Part shown: piece after piece, positions 18,601 to 27,959 of the stretch
Numbering within the stretch: the first letter of the stretch is position 1
Layout of the letters: every line of letters starts with the position of its first letter
Assembly (NCBI GenBank): GCA_038897215.1
Contig: JAWAWX010000001.1
Span: 288,001 to 352,000, forward strand
Reading direction: 5' to 3'
Length of the DNA stretch: 64,000 nt
From: Acidilobaceae archaeon
Lineage (GTDB): Archaea > Thermoproteota > Thermoprotei_A > Sulfolobales > Acidilobaceae
Translations under genes and position numbers: made by a program
The notes under the pieces: generated by a model
Told to the model about the DNA's origin: nothing
Seen by the model: only the letters and a program-made list of their open reading frames with translations
The model's database searches: none

Positions 18601-19518
18601 ATGAGCTTGAAGACTTCTCGCGCTACGCTCGTTGCATCTGCCTTGCTGTCTGCTCTGCTTACAGTCACACTCTTCTACCTGACTTTCGAGATACCGCTAC
18701 TCCTGGACGAAGCTCTCCGCCAATACCTCCCCGAAGCCTTCTTCAGTGTGCTGAGACCCCTCGGATACATATCGCTAACGCTAACGCTCGTTGCGATAAT
18801 CGCAGGCTTCCTGGCTAAGAGCAGGTTTCTAGCGTTTCTAGGCTCTTTGACCATGTATCTCCCGACATTCGCCTACTTTGCTTACGCTATGTTTCTTCTC
18901 CCCGGGCTGGGGGCTCTGGGAGTCCTCTGGCTACCCATACTGGAGAGCTATCCGCTAGTCTTGAAGCTGGGACACGCCGTCTTCCTACCGTTCTTGTTCA
19001 CTCCAGCTCCCTACGCTTCTCTCGCTGGAGCCGCTATCATCGCAACTGGGCTCCTCATCTTCTCTCTTGCTACGACCACGTGGCTCTACGGGAGGTTTAG
19101 AGGCTACGAGCTGGTAGACTTCTGGGTCTACAAGTATAGCAGACACCCCCAGTACCTAGGGTTCCTTCTCTGGAGCTACGGGCTAGTAGTATTCGCTATC
19201 CAAGGACCGTACCCTAAGGGAGCGCTCTCTATCCCTCCCACGTTTATCTGGCTTGTGGTAGCCGCGACCGTGGGGGGGATAGCGTTGCTAGAAGAGCTAG
19301 AGATGGTCGAGAAGCACGGAGAGAAGTATAGAGAGTACCGTGAGAAAACCCCATTCATGGTACCACTCCCCAAGCCTCTAGTTGCAATCATAATGCTACC
19401 CGCGAGGGTCGTGGGAGGGTATCCGAAGAGAGTGAGAGACGTGGTGGTAATAGTGGCTCTCTACACGGCTATACTAGCACTACTCTCCTACGTTCTCGTA
19501 ACGATTCTAGAGCTCTAG
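18601..19518 (+). CDS. ICMT/DUF1295 (isoprenylcysteine methyltransferase-like) membrane protein
   Basis: Multi-TM, with YKYSRHPQYLG and EE..M..KHG..YREY..KTPF motifs. Confidence 0.75.
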   Translation: MSLKTSRATLVASALLSALLTVTLFYLTFEIPLLLDEALRQYLPEAFFSVLRPLGYISLTLTLVAIIAGFLAKSRFLAFLGSLTMYLPTFAYFAYAMFLLPGLGALGVLWLPILESYPLVLKLGHAVFLPFLFTPAPYASLAGAAIIATGLLIFSLATTTWLYGRFRGYELVDFWVYKYSRHPQYLGFLLWSYGLVVFAIQGPYPKGALSIPPTFIWLVVAATVGGIALLEELEMVEKHGEKYREYREKTPFMVPLPKPLVAIIMLPARVVGGYPKRVRDVVVIVALYTAILALLSYVLVTILEL

Positions 19519-19695
19519 AGTAGCCGGGGTCCAGGCGCTAGCACAGACAGCGCTCATGCTCGGAGGAGTGTTCCCCTGTTTTCGTGATAGAAAGTCTACG
19601 TTGAGAAGACCGAGGAGGTGTTAGAGAACCTCCCCGGTCGAAAGCTGTGGTTGAAAGATAGCCGTTGACTGTAAGGAGGGGGCTTGGTGTAGAGT

Positions 19696-20520
19696 TTGAG
19701 GAGGAATGTGATAGCGGTGATCCACCTGCCTCCTCTCCCTAGGTCTTCTGCTAGAGTAGAGTGGAGCCTGGAGGCTGTGGTCGAGAGAGCGGTGAGAGAG
19801 GCTAGAGTCTTAGAGGAGCTGGGCTACGATGCTGTGATCGTCGAGAACTTTGGGGACAAGCCGTACCAGAAGAGAGTCTCGGATCCCCTCAGCTTAGCGA
19901 GCTTCACTGTCGTGGCCAGAGAGGTCGCTAGAGCAGTGAGCATCCCAGTTGGGCTAAGCCTCCTCAGGAACTCCGGTAGAGAAGCCTACGCTGTAGCTGT
20001 GGCCACGGGGGCTAGATTCATCAGAGTAAACGCTCTAGCCGATGTCGTGTTCTCAGACTCTGGAGTCCTCGAGCCCGAGGCTCCCAGGCTTAGAGACCTT
20101 AGAGTGAACTATCCCGGAGTCGAGGTCTACGCTGACGTGCTCGTCAAGCACGCAGCAAGCTCTAGGCTAGCGCTCTCTCTAATCGAGGCAGGCCACGCCA
20201 TTATCGCTAAAGGCTCTGTGGAGGATTACGTGAAAGAATTAATCTTAGACCACGTAGAGAGATGCGGAGCCAGTGCACTGATCGTGACTGGGCTCAGAAC
20301 AGGAGAAGCTCCGCCATTAGAGCTGGTAGCCGTCATCAGGAAGCTCTCCCCGACCCCAGTCCTCGTAGGCAGCGGGGTCACAGCGGAGAACGTGAGAGAA
20401 TACCTTAGAGTCAGCGATGGGGTAATAGTGGGGTCCTATATCAGAGATGGGGGCAGAGCTGGAGCCATGCTAGACGCGGAGAGAGCTAGGAGGCTCCTCG
20501 AGGAGGCTAGAGCGGTATAG
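19696..20520 (+). CDS. btpA: BtpA/SgcQ family TIM-barrel protein
   Basis: IHLPPLP, ENFGD.PY, FIRVN, ADV.VKHA, VTG..TG, GSGVT. Confidence 0.9.
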   Translation: MRRNVIAVIHLPPLPRSSARVEWSLEAVVERAVREARVLEELGYDAVIVENFGDKPYQKRVSDPLSLASFTVVAREVARAVSIPVGLSLLRNSGREAYAVAVATGARFIRVNALADVVFSDSGVLEPEAPRLRDLRVNYPGVEVYADVLVKHAASSRLALSLIEAGHAIIAKGSVEDYVKELILDHVERCGASALIVTGLRTGEAPPLELVAVIRKLSPTPVLVGSGVTAENVREYLRVSDGVIVGSYIRDGGRAGAMLDAERARRLLEEARAV

Positions 20521-20561
20521 CGTTAAGCTCTCGAGCTTCACCACTACGCGAGGGGCTCTGA

Positions 20562-21206
20562 GTGAGGTTAGAGGAGGCTCTCAAGCTGATAGTGATCACG
20601 GATAAGAGGCTGAAGCCTAACGTGGTCGAGTCTGTGAGAGAGGCTCTCGAGGGCGGAGCCCCGTCTATCCAGCTGAGGCTCAAGGAGTCCTCGACCAGAG
20701 AGATGGTCGAGATCGGGAGAGAGGTCAGGAGGCTCACTAGAGACTACGGTGCTCTCTACTTCGTGAACGATAGAGTAGACGTGGCTCTAGCTACTGACGC
20801 TGATGGAGTCCAGCTAGGAGCAGAAGACATGCCGGTCTGGCTGGTCAGAGAGAAGATAGCGCCCAACCTCATAGTGGGGGCCTCGGTTCACAGCGTGGAG
20901 GAGGCTGAGAGAGCTCAAGCTGAGGGAGCGCACTTCATGGGAGCTGGCTCAGTCTACCCGACGTCATCCAAGAAGGGGGCAGTTGTGATAGGGCTGAGAG
21001 GCCTCAGAGAGATAGTGGAAGCATCCAGGATACCCGTGGTAGCCATAGGGGGGATCAACGCTAGCAACGTCCGCGAGGTCATGGAGACAGGAGTGGTCGG
21101 AGTAGCCGTCATATCAGCAGTCATGGCCTCCCCGGACGTGAGGAGAGCCACGAGAGAGCTCCTGGAGGCAGTGGAGAGAGCTCTAGCCGAGAGGAGGAGG
21201 CTCTAG
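20562..21206 (+). CDS. thiE: Thiamine-phosphate synthase
   Basis: QLRLK, VNDRVDVA, ASVH, PTSSK, AIGGI, AVISA. Confidence 0.95.
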   Translation: MRLEEALKLIVITDKRLKPNVVESVREALEGGAPSIQLRLKESSTREMVEIGREVRRLTRDYGALYFVNDRVDVALATDADGVQLGAEDMPVWLVREKIAPNLIVGASVHSVEEAERAQAEGAHFMGAGSVYPTSSKKGAVVIGLRGLREIVEASRIPVVAIGGINASNVREVMETGVVGVAVISAVMASPDVRRATRELLEAVERALAERRRL

Positions 21207-21277
21207 AAGGGTCGGTTGATGCGAGCTCTCTCACCACTCGAGTAAGCCCGCCTCTCCCCATCCCCTGCTCTCTTGCG

Positions 21278-21337
21278 AGCGTCGGCGACGTGCAATAACC
21301 TCACAGACTCGGCTCTGGTGGAGGCTCCTCATCCGCA
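21278..21337 (-). ncRNA. C/D box guide sRNA (likely 23S rRNA domain II targets)
   Basis: gcg-G-ATGAGGA (C, 21332-21326), guide GCCTCCACCAGAG, D' CCGA, gtc, C' TGTGA, guide TATTGCACGTCG, D CCGA (21285-21282), cgc. Guides are complementary to the recalled conserved LSU segment UGGUGGAGGC...UGACGUGCAA. Confidence 0.88.
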
Positions 21338-21339
21338 GC

Positions 21340-22122
21340 TCAGACCATCTCCTCGGGTATCCTCCCAGGCTCCACTGCTCTTATCGGTTTGAGGCCAGCG
21401 CTCTCAAGCCTCCTCTTGACGTGAGGGTAGAGGATCACGTACTCCCAGTCCACGTCGCTGAGCCTCGGGTCTATGCTCTCGAGGCGAGCCACGAGGCTCC
21501 TCACAGCCTCCTCTCTGCTGAACCCTATCATTGCCGCAGCGTACACCTCCTCGCCCGGCTTGAACCCCGCGTTCACCAGGTTCTCTATGGCTCTAAGCTG
21601 GAGCTCGAACGCTCCCGGGTCTGCCCCCGTCAGCCTAGAGAACTCCTCTGGCTCAGCTCCCTTTATCGAGACTCTCACCACCACGTTCTGGAATCTCGCT
21701 AGGTCTCTCGCGTAGCTCTCATCGTGACCTATAAGTATGCCGTTAGTCTCGAGCACGAACACTGTGTCCCCCGTCTCGGAGAAAGCTGAGAGAAGCTCTA
21801 GGAGGTGCCTTCTGCCTATAGTCGGCTCTCCTCCGCTGAGCCTGACCCGGGGGACTCCTCCTCGAGACTGGAGCTCTCTAAGCCTCGCGAATGCCCCCCT
21901 AGGGGATAGGAAGAAGCCTATATCGTAGGAGCTCTTGAACCTAGCACTCCAGCAGAAGACACATGCTAGATTGCAACCTATGACATCCCCCGTGGCTATC
22001 CCGCCGTACCACCTGTCAAGCCTAAACCTGTAGTAGAGCCTTAGCTCTGAGCCTCCGCTGGCTCTAGTCACCTTCTCGGCTACTACTCTGGCTAGAGCTA
22101 CGGGGTCGTAGCCTCTCCTCGC
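21340..22122 (-). CDS. Radical SAM Fe-S protein (archaeal MoaA/activase-like family), start uncertain
   Basis: CNLACVFC, LSGGEP, LETNG, RVSIKG. The frame stays open upstream of GTG 22071 with a plausible N-terminus (GYDPVALARVVAEKV) but no canonical start. Confidence 0.85.
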   Translation of the reverse strand, partial: ARRGYDPVALARVVAEKVTRASGGSELRLYYRFRLDRWYGGIATGDVIGCNLACVFCWSARFKSSYDIGFFLSPRGAFARLRELQSRGGVPRVRLSGGEPTIGRRHLLELLSAFSETGDTVFVLETNGILIGHDESYARDLARFQNVVVRVSIKGAEPEEFSRLTGADPGAFELQLRAIENLVNAGFKPGEEVYAAAMIGFSREEAVRSLVARLESIDPRLSDVDWEYVILYPHVKRRLESAGLKPIRAVEPGRIPEEMV

Positions 22123-22186
22123 CCCGCTCCACCTCCAGAGCTGTGGAGGAGAGAGAGAGGGAATCTCGCTTCCAGCGCGCAGGACG

Positions 22187-23188
22187 CTAGCTCAGGTTCT
22201 CTCTGATCACTCTCAGAGCGTTCTCGTAGGCCACCTTGGCTACCTCTCTGTCGGTAAACCCTCTCTCAGCCAGCTTTGCTAGGAGCGCCGCGACTCTATC
22301 TATGGACTCGAAGCCTCTCGGGGGCTTTCTCCCAAGGAAGCCGAAGAAGTCCGTGCCTATGGCTAGAACGTCTGCTCCGTAGACCTCCCTAACGTATGCG
22401 AAGTGCTCCACGATGTCTTCTAGAGAAGGGTCGGCTCTCTGAGTCAGCAGGTGTGGTAGAGCAGTGATGCCGAGCACTCCCCTCTTAGAGGCTAGAGCTT
22501 CTAGCACCTCATCGTCGACGTTCCTAGGAGTGTCGACCAGCCTCCTCGGGTTAGCGTGGCTTATCACAGGCGGCTTCGAGGAAGCCTCGATCGCCTCTAT
22601 AGCCGTTCTCTTGCTCGCGTGAGCCAGGTCTAGTATGACGCCCAGCTTGTTCGCTAGTTTCACGAGCTCCTCCCCCTCGTCGCTCAGCCCCCTATCTCTC
22701 CTAGCCCAGCAGCCGGAACCGTACTTGTTGCTCGTGCTCCACGTCAGCCCGAGGCTCCTCAGCCCGAGCCTCTTGAAGAGGTAGAGGTCGCTGGGCTCCT
22801 CTAGAGCATCCGCTCCCTCTAGGTGGAGGAGGAGGCAGAGCCTCCACTCTCCCCAGAGGCACTTCTCGATATCACTCAAGCTCTCAACTATAGAGACCTC
22901 TGGGTGGGCTTCCGCCAGCCTGTAGTAGATCGAGAGCTGCTCCATGGCGACCGCTTGGGGAGCTCTGAAAGACACTCCCGGGACGGCTCTCCGGCCCTTG
23001 TAGGTCTCCACGCCGGGGAATATGGCCGCGAAGACGACCCTAACATTGCCTCTCCTGTACTTAGGCAGGTCTGCGTCTCTCCCCTCGACGTCCTCGTCTA
23101 AGTCTGCGAGAGGGCGACCGCCTCCGTGTGACATGAAGTAAGTCGATATGTCCTCGTGGAGGTCTACGACGGGGACCTTGCTCGCCAC
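22187..23188 (-). CDS. Membrane (renal) dipeptidase family, peptidase M19
   Basis: DLHED, HLEGA, GLTW, DLAH, SHAN, RNVDD, IGTDF. Confidence 0.92.
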   Translation of the reverse strand: MASKVPVVDLHEDISTYFMSHGGGRPLADLDEDVEGRDADLPKYRRGNVRVVFAAIFPGVETYKGRRAVPGVSFRAPQAVAMEQLSIYYRLAEAHPEVSIVESLSDIEKCLWGEWRLCLLLHLEGADALEEPSDLYLFKRLGLRSLGLTWSTSNKYGSGCWARRDRGLSDEGEELVKLANKLGVILDLAHASKRTAIEAIEASSKPPVISHANPRRLVDTPRNVDDEVLEALASKRGVLGITALPHLLTQRADPSLEDIVEHFAYVREVYGADVLAIGTDFFGFLGRKPPRGFESIDRVAALLAKLAERGFTDREVAKVAYENALRVIRENLS

Positions 23189-23268
23189 AATCTGGCACCT
23201 GCTCCACGCTCGGGAGGAGTCGCGGCTCTTAAGTTCTAGCCGCTCTAGCCTCGAGCAGGCGGTGGGTC

Positions 23269-23991
23269 TTGACGCTCCACCTGAGAGTACAGAGAGGTAG
23301 CGTGGCTCGAGACGTCCTGGTTTGCGGCGACCCAGCTAGAGTAGACGTCTTGTCGGAGCTCTTGGAGGAAGCGAGAGTAGTGAGTACTCACAGAGGCTTC
23401 AAGGTAGTCTCCGGGCTTTACAGAGGGCGCTCTGTAAGCGTGGCGAGTCACGGGATAGGGGGGCCTAGCGCAGCCATAGTCTTCGAGGAGCTAAGGCAAG
23501 CCGGAGCGGAGAGAATCGTGAGGCTAGGGACAGCTGGGGGTCTGAGGCCTGGAGTGAGCGTAGGCAGCGTCGTCGTAGCAACTGGAGCAGGCTATCTTCA
23601 CGGAGGCTGTGCTCTAGGCCAGTACGCGCCCGGCTTCTGCCTCCCAGCGTCTCCCGACGTGGCTCTAACAGCTAGGATCATGGAGTCTCTGAAAAGGCAC
23701 GAAGTGGGGTTCGTTGAGGGAGCAGTGTTCACCAGTGACGCGTTCTACACTGAGAGCAGAGAGCTGGCGGAGAAGCTCTCCAGCCTCGGCTTCGTGGCTA
23801 TCGAGATGGAGACAGCCACGCTCTTCGCTCTAGGCAGGCTCAGAGGATTCAAGACAGCATCCGTGCTCGTAGTCTGCAACGTGCTCTACGGAGAAGAGGC
23901 GGGCAAAGTGTTCCTAACGACGGAGGAGCTAGCTGGGGTATTCATGAGGGTAGGAAGAGCAGTACTTGACGCTCTAGCTGAGAGCGAGTAG
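23269..23991 (+). CDS. deoD: Purine nucleoside phosphorylase (PNP/UDP family, hexameric type)
   Basis: CGDPARV, HGIGGPS..I..EEL, RLGTAG, SDAFY, IEME. Confidence 0.88.
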   Translation: MTLHLRVQRGSVARDVLVCGDPARVDVLSELLEEARVVSTHRGFKVVSGLYRGRSVSVASHGIGGPSAAIVFEELRQAGAERIVRLGTAGGLRPGVSVGSVVVATGAGYLHGGCALGQYAPGFCLPASPDVALTARIMESLKRHEVGFVEGAVFTSDAFYTESRELAEKLSSLGFVAIEMETATLFALGRLRGFKTASVLVVCNVLYGEEAGKVFLTTEELAGVFMRVGRAVLDALAESE

Positions 23992-24037
23992 CTCTCAGAC
24001 TTCACGCTTTTATACCTGGAGCCTGCTCAGCCGCCTG

Positions 24038-24844
24038 GTGCCAGGCTTGGGGAGCGGTGGGTTGAGAGAGTCCAGCATAAGCAGAGCTATCATCAAGTAC
24101 GCTTCCAGAGACTTAGAGGAGTTCTCTGAGGTCGATGTAGCCATAGTGGGTGCGGGGCCATCGGGTCTCACAGCCTCATACTATCTAGCCAAGAGAGGCT
24201 TCAAGGTGCTCGTCTTCGAGCGAAGACTCTCCTTCGGGGGAGGCACAGGCCCCGGAGGCAACATGCTGCCTAGGATAGCAGTGCAGGAGGAGGCAGTCCC
24301 TGTGCTCGAGGAATTCCAGGTGAGATACATCGAGACAGAGTACGGAGTCTACTTGGTGGACCCCGTAGAGCTCATAGCCAAGCTGGCGCGCGCAGCTATA
24401 GACGCTGGAGCCCGGATACTCCTGGGGGCTCACGTAGAGGACGTGATATACAGGAGCGAGCCTCTCAGAATATCCGGAGTCCTCTGGGTCTGGAGCCCCA
24501 TAAAAGAGAGCGGTATGCATGTAGACCCTCTCTACACTGAAGCTAGAGCAGTAGTCGACGCCACGGGGCACGATGCAGAGGTAGTCTCGATAGCAGCTAG
24601 GAAGCTACCTGAGCTCGGGCTAAAGGTGGCTGGGGAGAAGTCGAACTACACGGAGGTCTCAGAGAGGCTCGTAGTAGAGAACACTGGCAGAGTAGCTCCC
24701 GGGCTCTACGTGACCGGGGTAGCAGTATGCACTGTCCACGGGTTGCCTAGAATGGGCCCGATATTCGGCGGGATGCTACTAAGCGGTAGGAGAGTAGCCG
24801 AGATAATAGCGGAAGACCTTGGAGGAGGCAGGAGCCCCGCCTAG
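24038..24844 (+). CDS. thi4: Sulfide-dependent thiazole synthase Thi4
   Basis: GAGPSGL, HVDP (His, not Cys), DATGHDA, PRMGPIFGGMLLSG. Confidence 0.95.
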   Translation: MPGLGSGGLRESSISRAIIKYASRDLEEFSEVDVAIVGAGPSGLTASYYLAKRGFKVLVFERRLSFGGGTGPGGNMLPRIAVQEEAVPVLEEFQVRYIETEYGVYLVDPVELIAKLARAAIDAGARILLGAHVEDVIYRSEPLRISGVLWVWSPIKESGMHVDPLYTEARAVVDATGHDAEVVSIAARKLPELGLKVAGEKSNYTEVSERLVVENTGRVAPGLYVTGVAVCTVHGLPRMGPIFGGMLLSGRRVAEIIAEDLGGGRSPA

Positions 24845-24971
24845 ACTAGTCTCGCTCAGGCTCGTAACCCGCTAGCTCAGACATCTACGCGTCTTAGCGC
24901 GAGCTAGCTCGGCTGAAGAACGAGAGTATGTGAGACAGAGATAAAGAGTCTAGAGAGGATCTCCTAAGGCG

Positions 24972-25229
24972 GTGAGCGGCGTGACGAGCATCCTAGAGGT
25001 AGACATGAGGCCTGGCGGGTCCTGTGGAGATAGCCCCTCAGCTGCTCTCAGCAGGCTAGCTAGTAGAGTCGAGGCGGAGAAGCCGGACACGGTCAGAGTG
25101 AGGCTCGACCCTAGTCTCGTCTCTCCGGGAGCGCTGAAAGTGATACTATCTCAGAGAGGCTACGAGGCGATAGAGACAATCAAGAACAATGATAGAGACG
25201 TTGTGATCGTCTTCTCTAGGAGGAAGTAG
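24972..25229 (+). CDS. Small SirA/TusA-like protein
   Basis: 85 aa. EVDMRPGGSC resembles the TusA LD.RG..CP motif, with a GYE....I.F C-terminus. Confidence 0.5.
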   Translation: MSGVTSILEVDMRPGGSCGDSPSAALSRLASRVEAEKPDTVRVRLDPSLVSPGALKVILSQRGYEAIETIKNNDRDVVIVFSRRK

Positions 25230-25428
25230 GAGGCTTACTCGAGCTACCGCATACCGGCAGAAGCCTACTCTAGAGCTTTCCTAGCTACTCTCGACTACTC
25301 CGATGATGGCGTAGAGAATCTCCGAGAAAGCTTTTTACTCCAACACCTCAACGTCTCGCATGCAGAGTGAGCAAGCTACTAGATTTAAGCTGAATCCACT
25401 TTCATCACGTCGACTCGGCTGAAAAGAG

Positions 25429-25902
25429 ATGCCTAGAGTAGCTGTGCTGATGGGTAGTAAGAGCGACTGGGAGGTCATGAAGCCAGCTGTCGAGACTCTT
25501 CGAGAGTTCGGAGTAGACGTCGAGGTCAGAGTCCTGTCTGCTCACAGAACTCCAGAGGAGCTGAGAGAGTACGTCATGACAGCTGCCGAGAGAGGAATCG
25601 AGGTCATAATCGCTGGAGCAGGCGGAGCAGCCCACCTACCCGGGGTCGTAGCCTCTCTGACTCACCTACCAGTCATCGGGGTTCCCGTCCCATCCCAGTA
25701 TCTGAATGGCCTCGACTCGCTATTCTCAATCGTCCAGATGCCTTCAGGAGTCCCCGTAGCCACTGTAGGCATAGGTTCTGCTAGAAACGCTGCACTCCTA
25801 GCTGTCAGGATACTGGGCCTCAAGTACCCCGAGCTAGTCGAGAAGCTACGCGAGCACAGAGAGAAGATGAGGAGAGAGACTTTATCCGCTAAGCTAGAAT
25901 AA
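25429..25902 (+). CDS. purE: N5-CAIR mutase / AIR carboxylase
   Basis: [33 protein letters not shown]. Confidence 0.97.
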   Translation: MPRVAVLMGSKSDWEVMKPAVETLREFGVDVEVRVLSAHRTPEELREYVMTAAERGIEVIIAGAGGAAHLPGVVASLTHLPVIGVPVPSQYLNGLDSLFSIVQMPSGVPVATVGIGSARNAALLAVRILGLKYPELVEKLREHREKMRRETLSAKLE

Positions 25903-25904
25903 GC

Positions 25905-26996
25905 TTATGTAAGAACCTTCTCCAAGACCCCTCTTCGAGCGGCTTCCTTAATCTCTCTAGCTATCCTCCTCCCCATAGACATAGGCTCGCTCCAGTAGAG
26001 GTATGAGTAGGGGCTTCCAGCCACGTAGAGATTAGTTCCAGCCACGATGCGCCCAGAGAACTCGAACACTTTGATATTCATGTCTCTATCGATAACAGAC
26101 TCTAGACAGAAAGGTCCGATGATGCCTGGAGGGCTCAGCCTCCGGGTAGCTTCAACGAATCTCACACCATACTCCATGTACTTTACTAAAATACTCTCTC
26201 TAAGAACTAGAGGGATGTTGCCCACTACTGTGAAAGTAGGGTCTACGAGAGTGCCGCTAGCGAGCCAAGAGGGGATTCTGGATATTCCATCGATATCGCT
26301 CTCGTACCTGATATCGGCTCCCAGTATCTCGACTCTATCGAAGAGAGGGCTGTAGAAGTAGTGCACGTAAGCCGTTACCCCTAAGACGTACTCTTGCACT
26401 ATGACCTCTCTAGGCGAGGATATAGCGCCGGAGGCTACGAGACTCTCTACTCTCCTCCTCACAGCTTCGGGGTCTTTCTCGATGAAGTAGCCTCTACCTC
26501 CTTTAGCTCCAGGAAGCTTGACTATAACCAGCCCATGGAAAGGCTCTCCTACCTCGTAGGTTCTAGGCGTGGGGATCCCGGCTTCTCTCAGAAGCCTCAT
26601 CTTCTCATGCTGGTTAGCTTCAACTCTGAATATTGACCGCAAGCCGAAGATAGGTAGCTCTACTCCTTCAGCACAATCCATGCCCACGTACTCGACGAAG
26701 CTACCGTGCGGTATCAGGATACTGTTCTCTTCTCGCAGAGTCTCCACGACCTCGGGCTTGCAGAGCTCTCTCCACTCGTCAACCACCACGAATCTATCAG
26801 ATAGATGCTTGAACTGCTCGTAGAACCACAGTCTCCTCTTCTCGACAACCAGCAGTGTTCTAAAGCCCTCTGTCTTAGCGCCGTGGAGTATTTGGAGAGC
26901 AGAGTGGCTGGCTAGAGTAGCGATAGAGAGATTGTCGAGGTCGTAGTGGGGAAGAACGCTCTCAACTATGCCTCCACGCGCTCTAAGAGACTCCAT
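25905..26996 (-). CDS. purP: PurP-family ATP-grasp formate ligase (FAICAR synthetase-like), paralog 1
   Basis: SHSALQI..GAK.EG, PHGSFVEY, GAKGGRGYF, RYES, FEFSGRIVAGTN. Confidence 0.92.
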   Translation of the reverse strand: MESLRARGGIVESVLPHYDLDNLSIATLASHSALQILHGAKTEGFRTLLVVEKRRLWFYEQFKHLSDRFVVVDEWRELCKPEVVETLREENSILIPHGSFVEYVGMDCAEGVELPIFGLRSIFRVEANQHEKMRLLREAGIPTPRTYEVGEPFHGLVIVKLPGAKGGRGYFIEKDPEAVRRRVESLVASGAISSPREVIVQEYVLGVTAYVHYFYSPLFDRVEILGADIRYESDIDGISRIPSWLASGTLVDPTFTVVGNIPLVLRESILVKYMEYGVRFVEATRRLSPPGIIGPFCLESVIDRDMNIKVFEFSGRIVAGTNLYVAGSPYSYLYWSEPMSMGRRIAREIKEAARRGVLEKVLT

Positions 26997-27084
26997 AGCC
27001 TATTCCTCGCTTCTCGAAGGAGACCTCTGAGACTATATCAGCTATGCTGTGATCGCTTGCTTAAATGTCCATGAGGTTCAGTCA

Positions 27085-27104
27085 ATTCAATGACGTGATT
27101 GAAT
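27085..27104. promoter_or_regulatory. Near-perfect 20-bp palindrome in the divergent purP/purC promoter (candidate operator)
   Basis: ATTCAATGACGTGATTGAAT, 9 of 10 pairs symmetric, between divergent purine genes. Confidence 0.55.
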
Positions 27105-27191
27105 AGGTCAAACTAACGATTATGTTGAGTAGTTCTAGAACGTAGTAGATAAATACGATCTCGTTAGGTATCTGAGAATCGGTCGGATGTA

Positions 27192-27959
27192 ATGACATTG
27201 AAGCTCATATACGAGGGTAAGAGTAAGCTTGTCTACGAGCTAGACTCAGATAGGTTAATCATAGAGTTCAAGGACGACGTGACGGCAGGAGATGGAGCGA
27301 TAAGAGCCAAGGCTCCCGGCAAGGACGTTCTATGCGCTAGAACCTCTGCACACCTATTCTCTCTGCTATCCAGCTCGGGGATAGACACGCACATGCTAGA
27401 GTTCGATGGCAATAAGAGGATGACTGTGAAGAGGCTCAACATGATACCTCTAGAGGTGATCGTGAGAAACGCTGCCTACGGGTCTCTCCTAAAGCGAATG
27501 CCCAAGTTCAAGAGCCTTCAGCTCTTCACCACCCCCCTCGTCGAGTTCCACTATAAAGACGACTCTCTCCACGACCCGCTAGTGCTACCCGAGGACGTGC
27601 TATACGCTGGCGTATTGGACGAGGAGCAGCTCGAACTCGTTAAGGAAGTCTCGCTCAAGGCTAACAGAGTTCTGTACGACTACCTCTCGAGCAAGGGGTT
27701 GCTACTAGTCGATATCAAGTTCGAGTTTGGCTTCGCGAAAGACGGGAGCATAGTGCTAGCCGACGAGATATCGGGAGACACCTTCAGAGTCATAGATGAG
27801 AAAGGGAGACACCTAGACAAGGAGATTTTCAGGAAGACGAGAGACACGAGAGCCCTGATCGAGGCCTACCTAGAGCTAGCTAGAAGGCTTGATATAAGAG
27901 TAGACGACGTTCAAGCTCTAGCTCAGCAAAATCTGAGGGGACTCTATGACGCTGAGTAG
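27192..27959 (+). CDS. purC: SAICAR synthetase
   Basis: YEGKSK, FKDDVTA, IPLEVIVRN, YKDD..HDP, VDIKFEFG, LADEI, LDK. Confidence 0.96.
   Translation: MTLKLIYEGKSKLVYELDSDRLIIEFKDDVTAGDGAIRAKAPGKDVLCARTSAHLFSLLSSSGIDTHMLEFDGNKRMTVKRLNMIPLEVIVRNAAYGSLLKRMPKFKSLQLFTTPLVEFHYKDDSLHDPLVLPEDVLYAGVLDEEQLELVKEVSLKANRVLYDYLSSKGLLLVDIKFEFGFAKDGSIVLADEISGDTFRVIDEKGRHLDKEIFRKTRDTRALIEAYLELARRLDIRVDDVQALAQQNLRGLYDAE

Noticed and set aside
19520-19690. Coding-like fragment (VYVEKTEEVLENLPGRK) between the ICMT-like gene and btpA
   Set aside because: Too short and interrupted by stops to assign as a pseudogene
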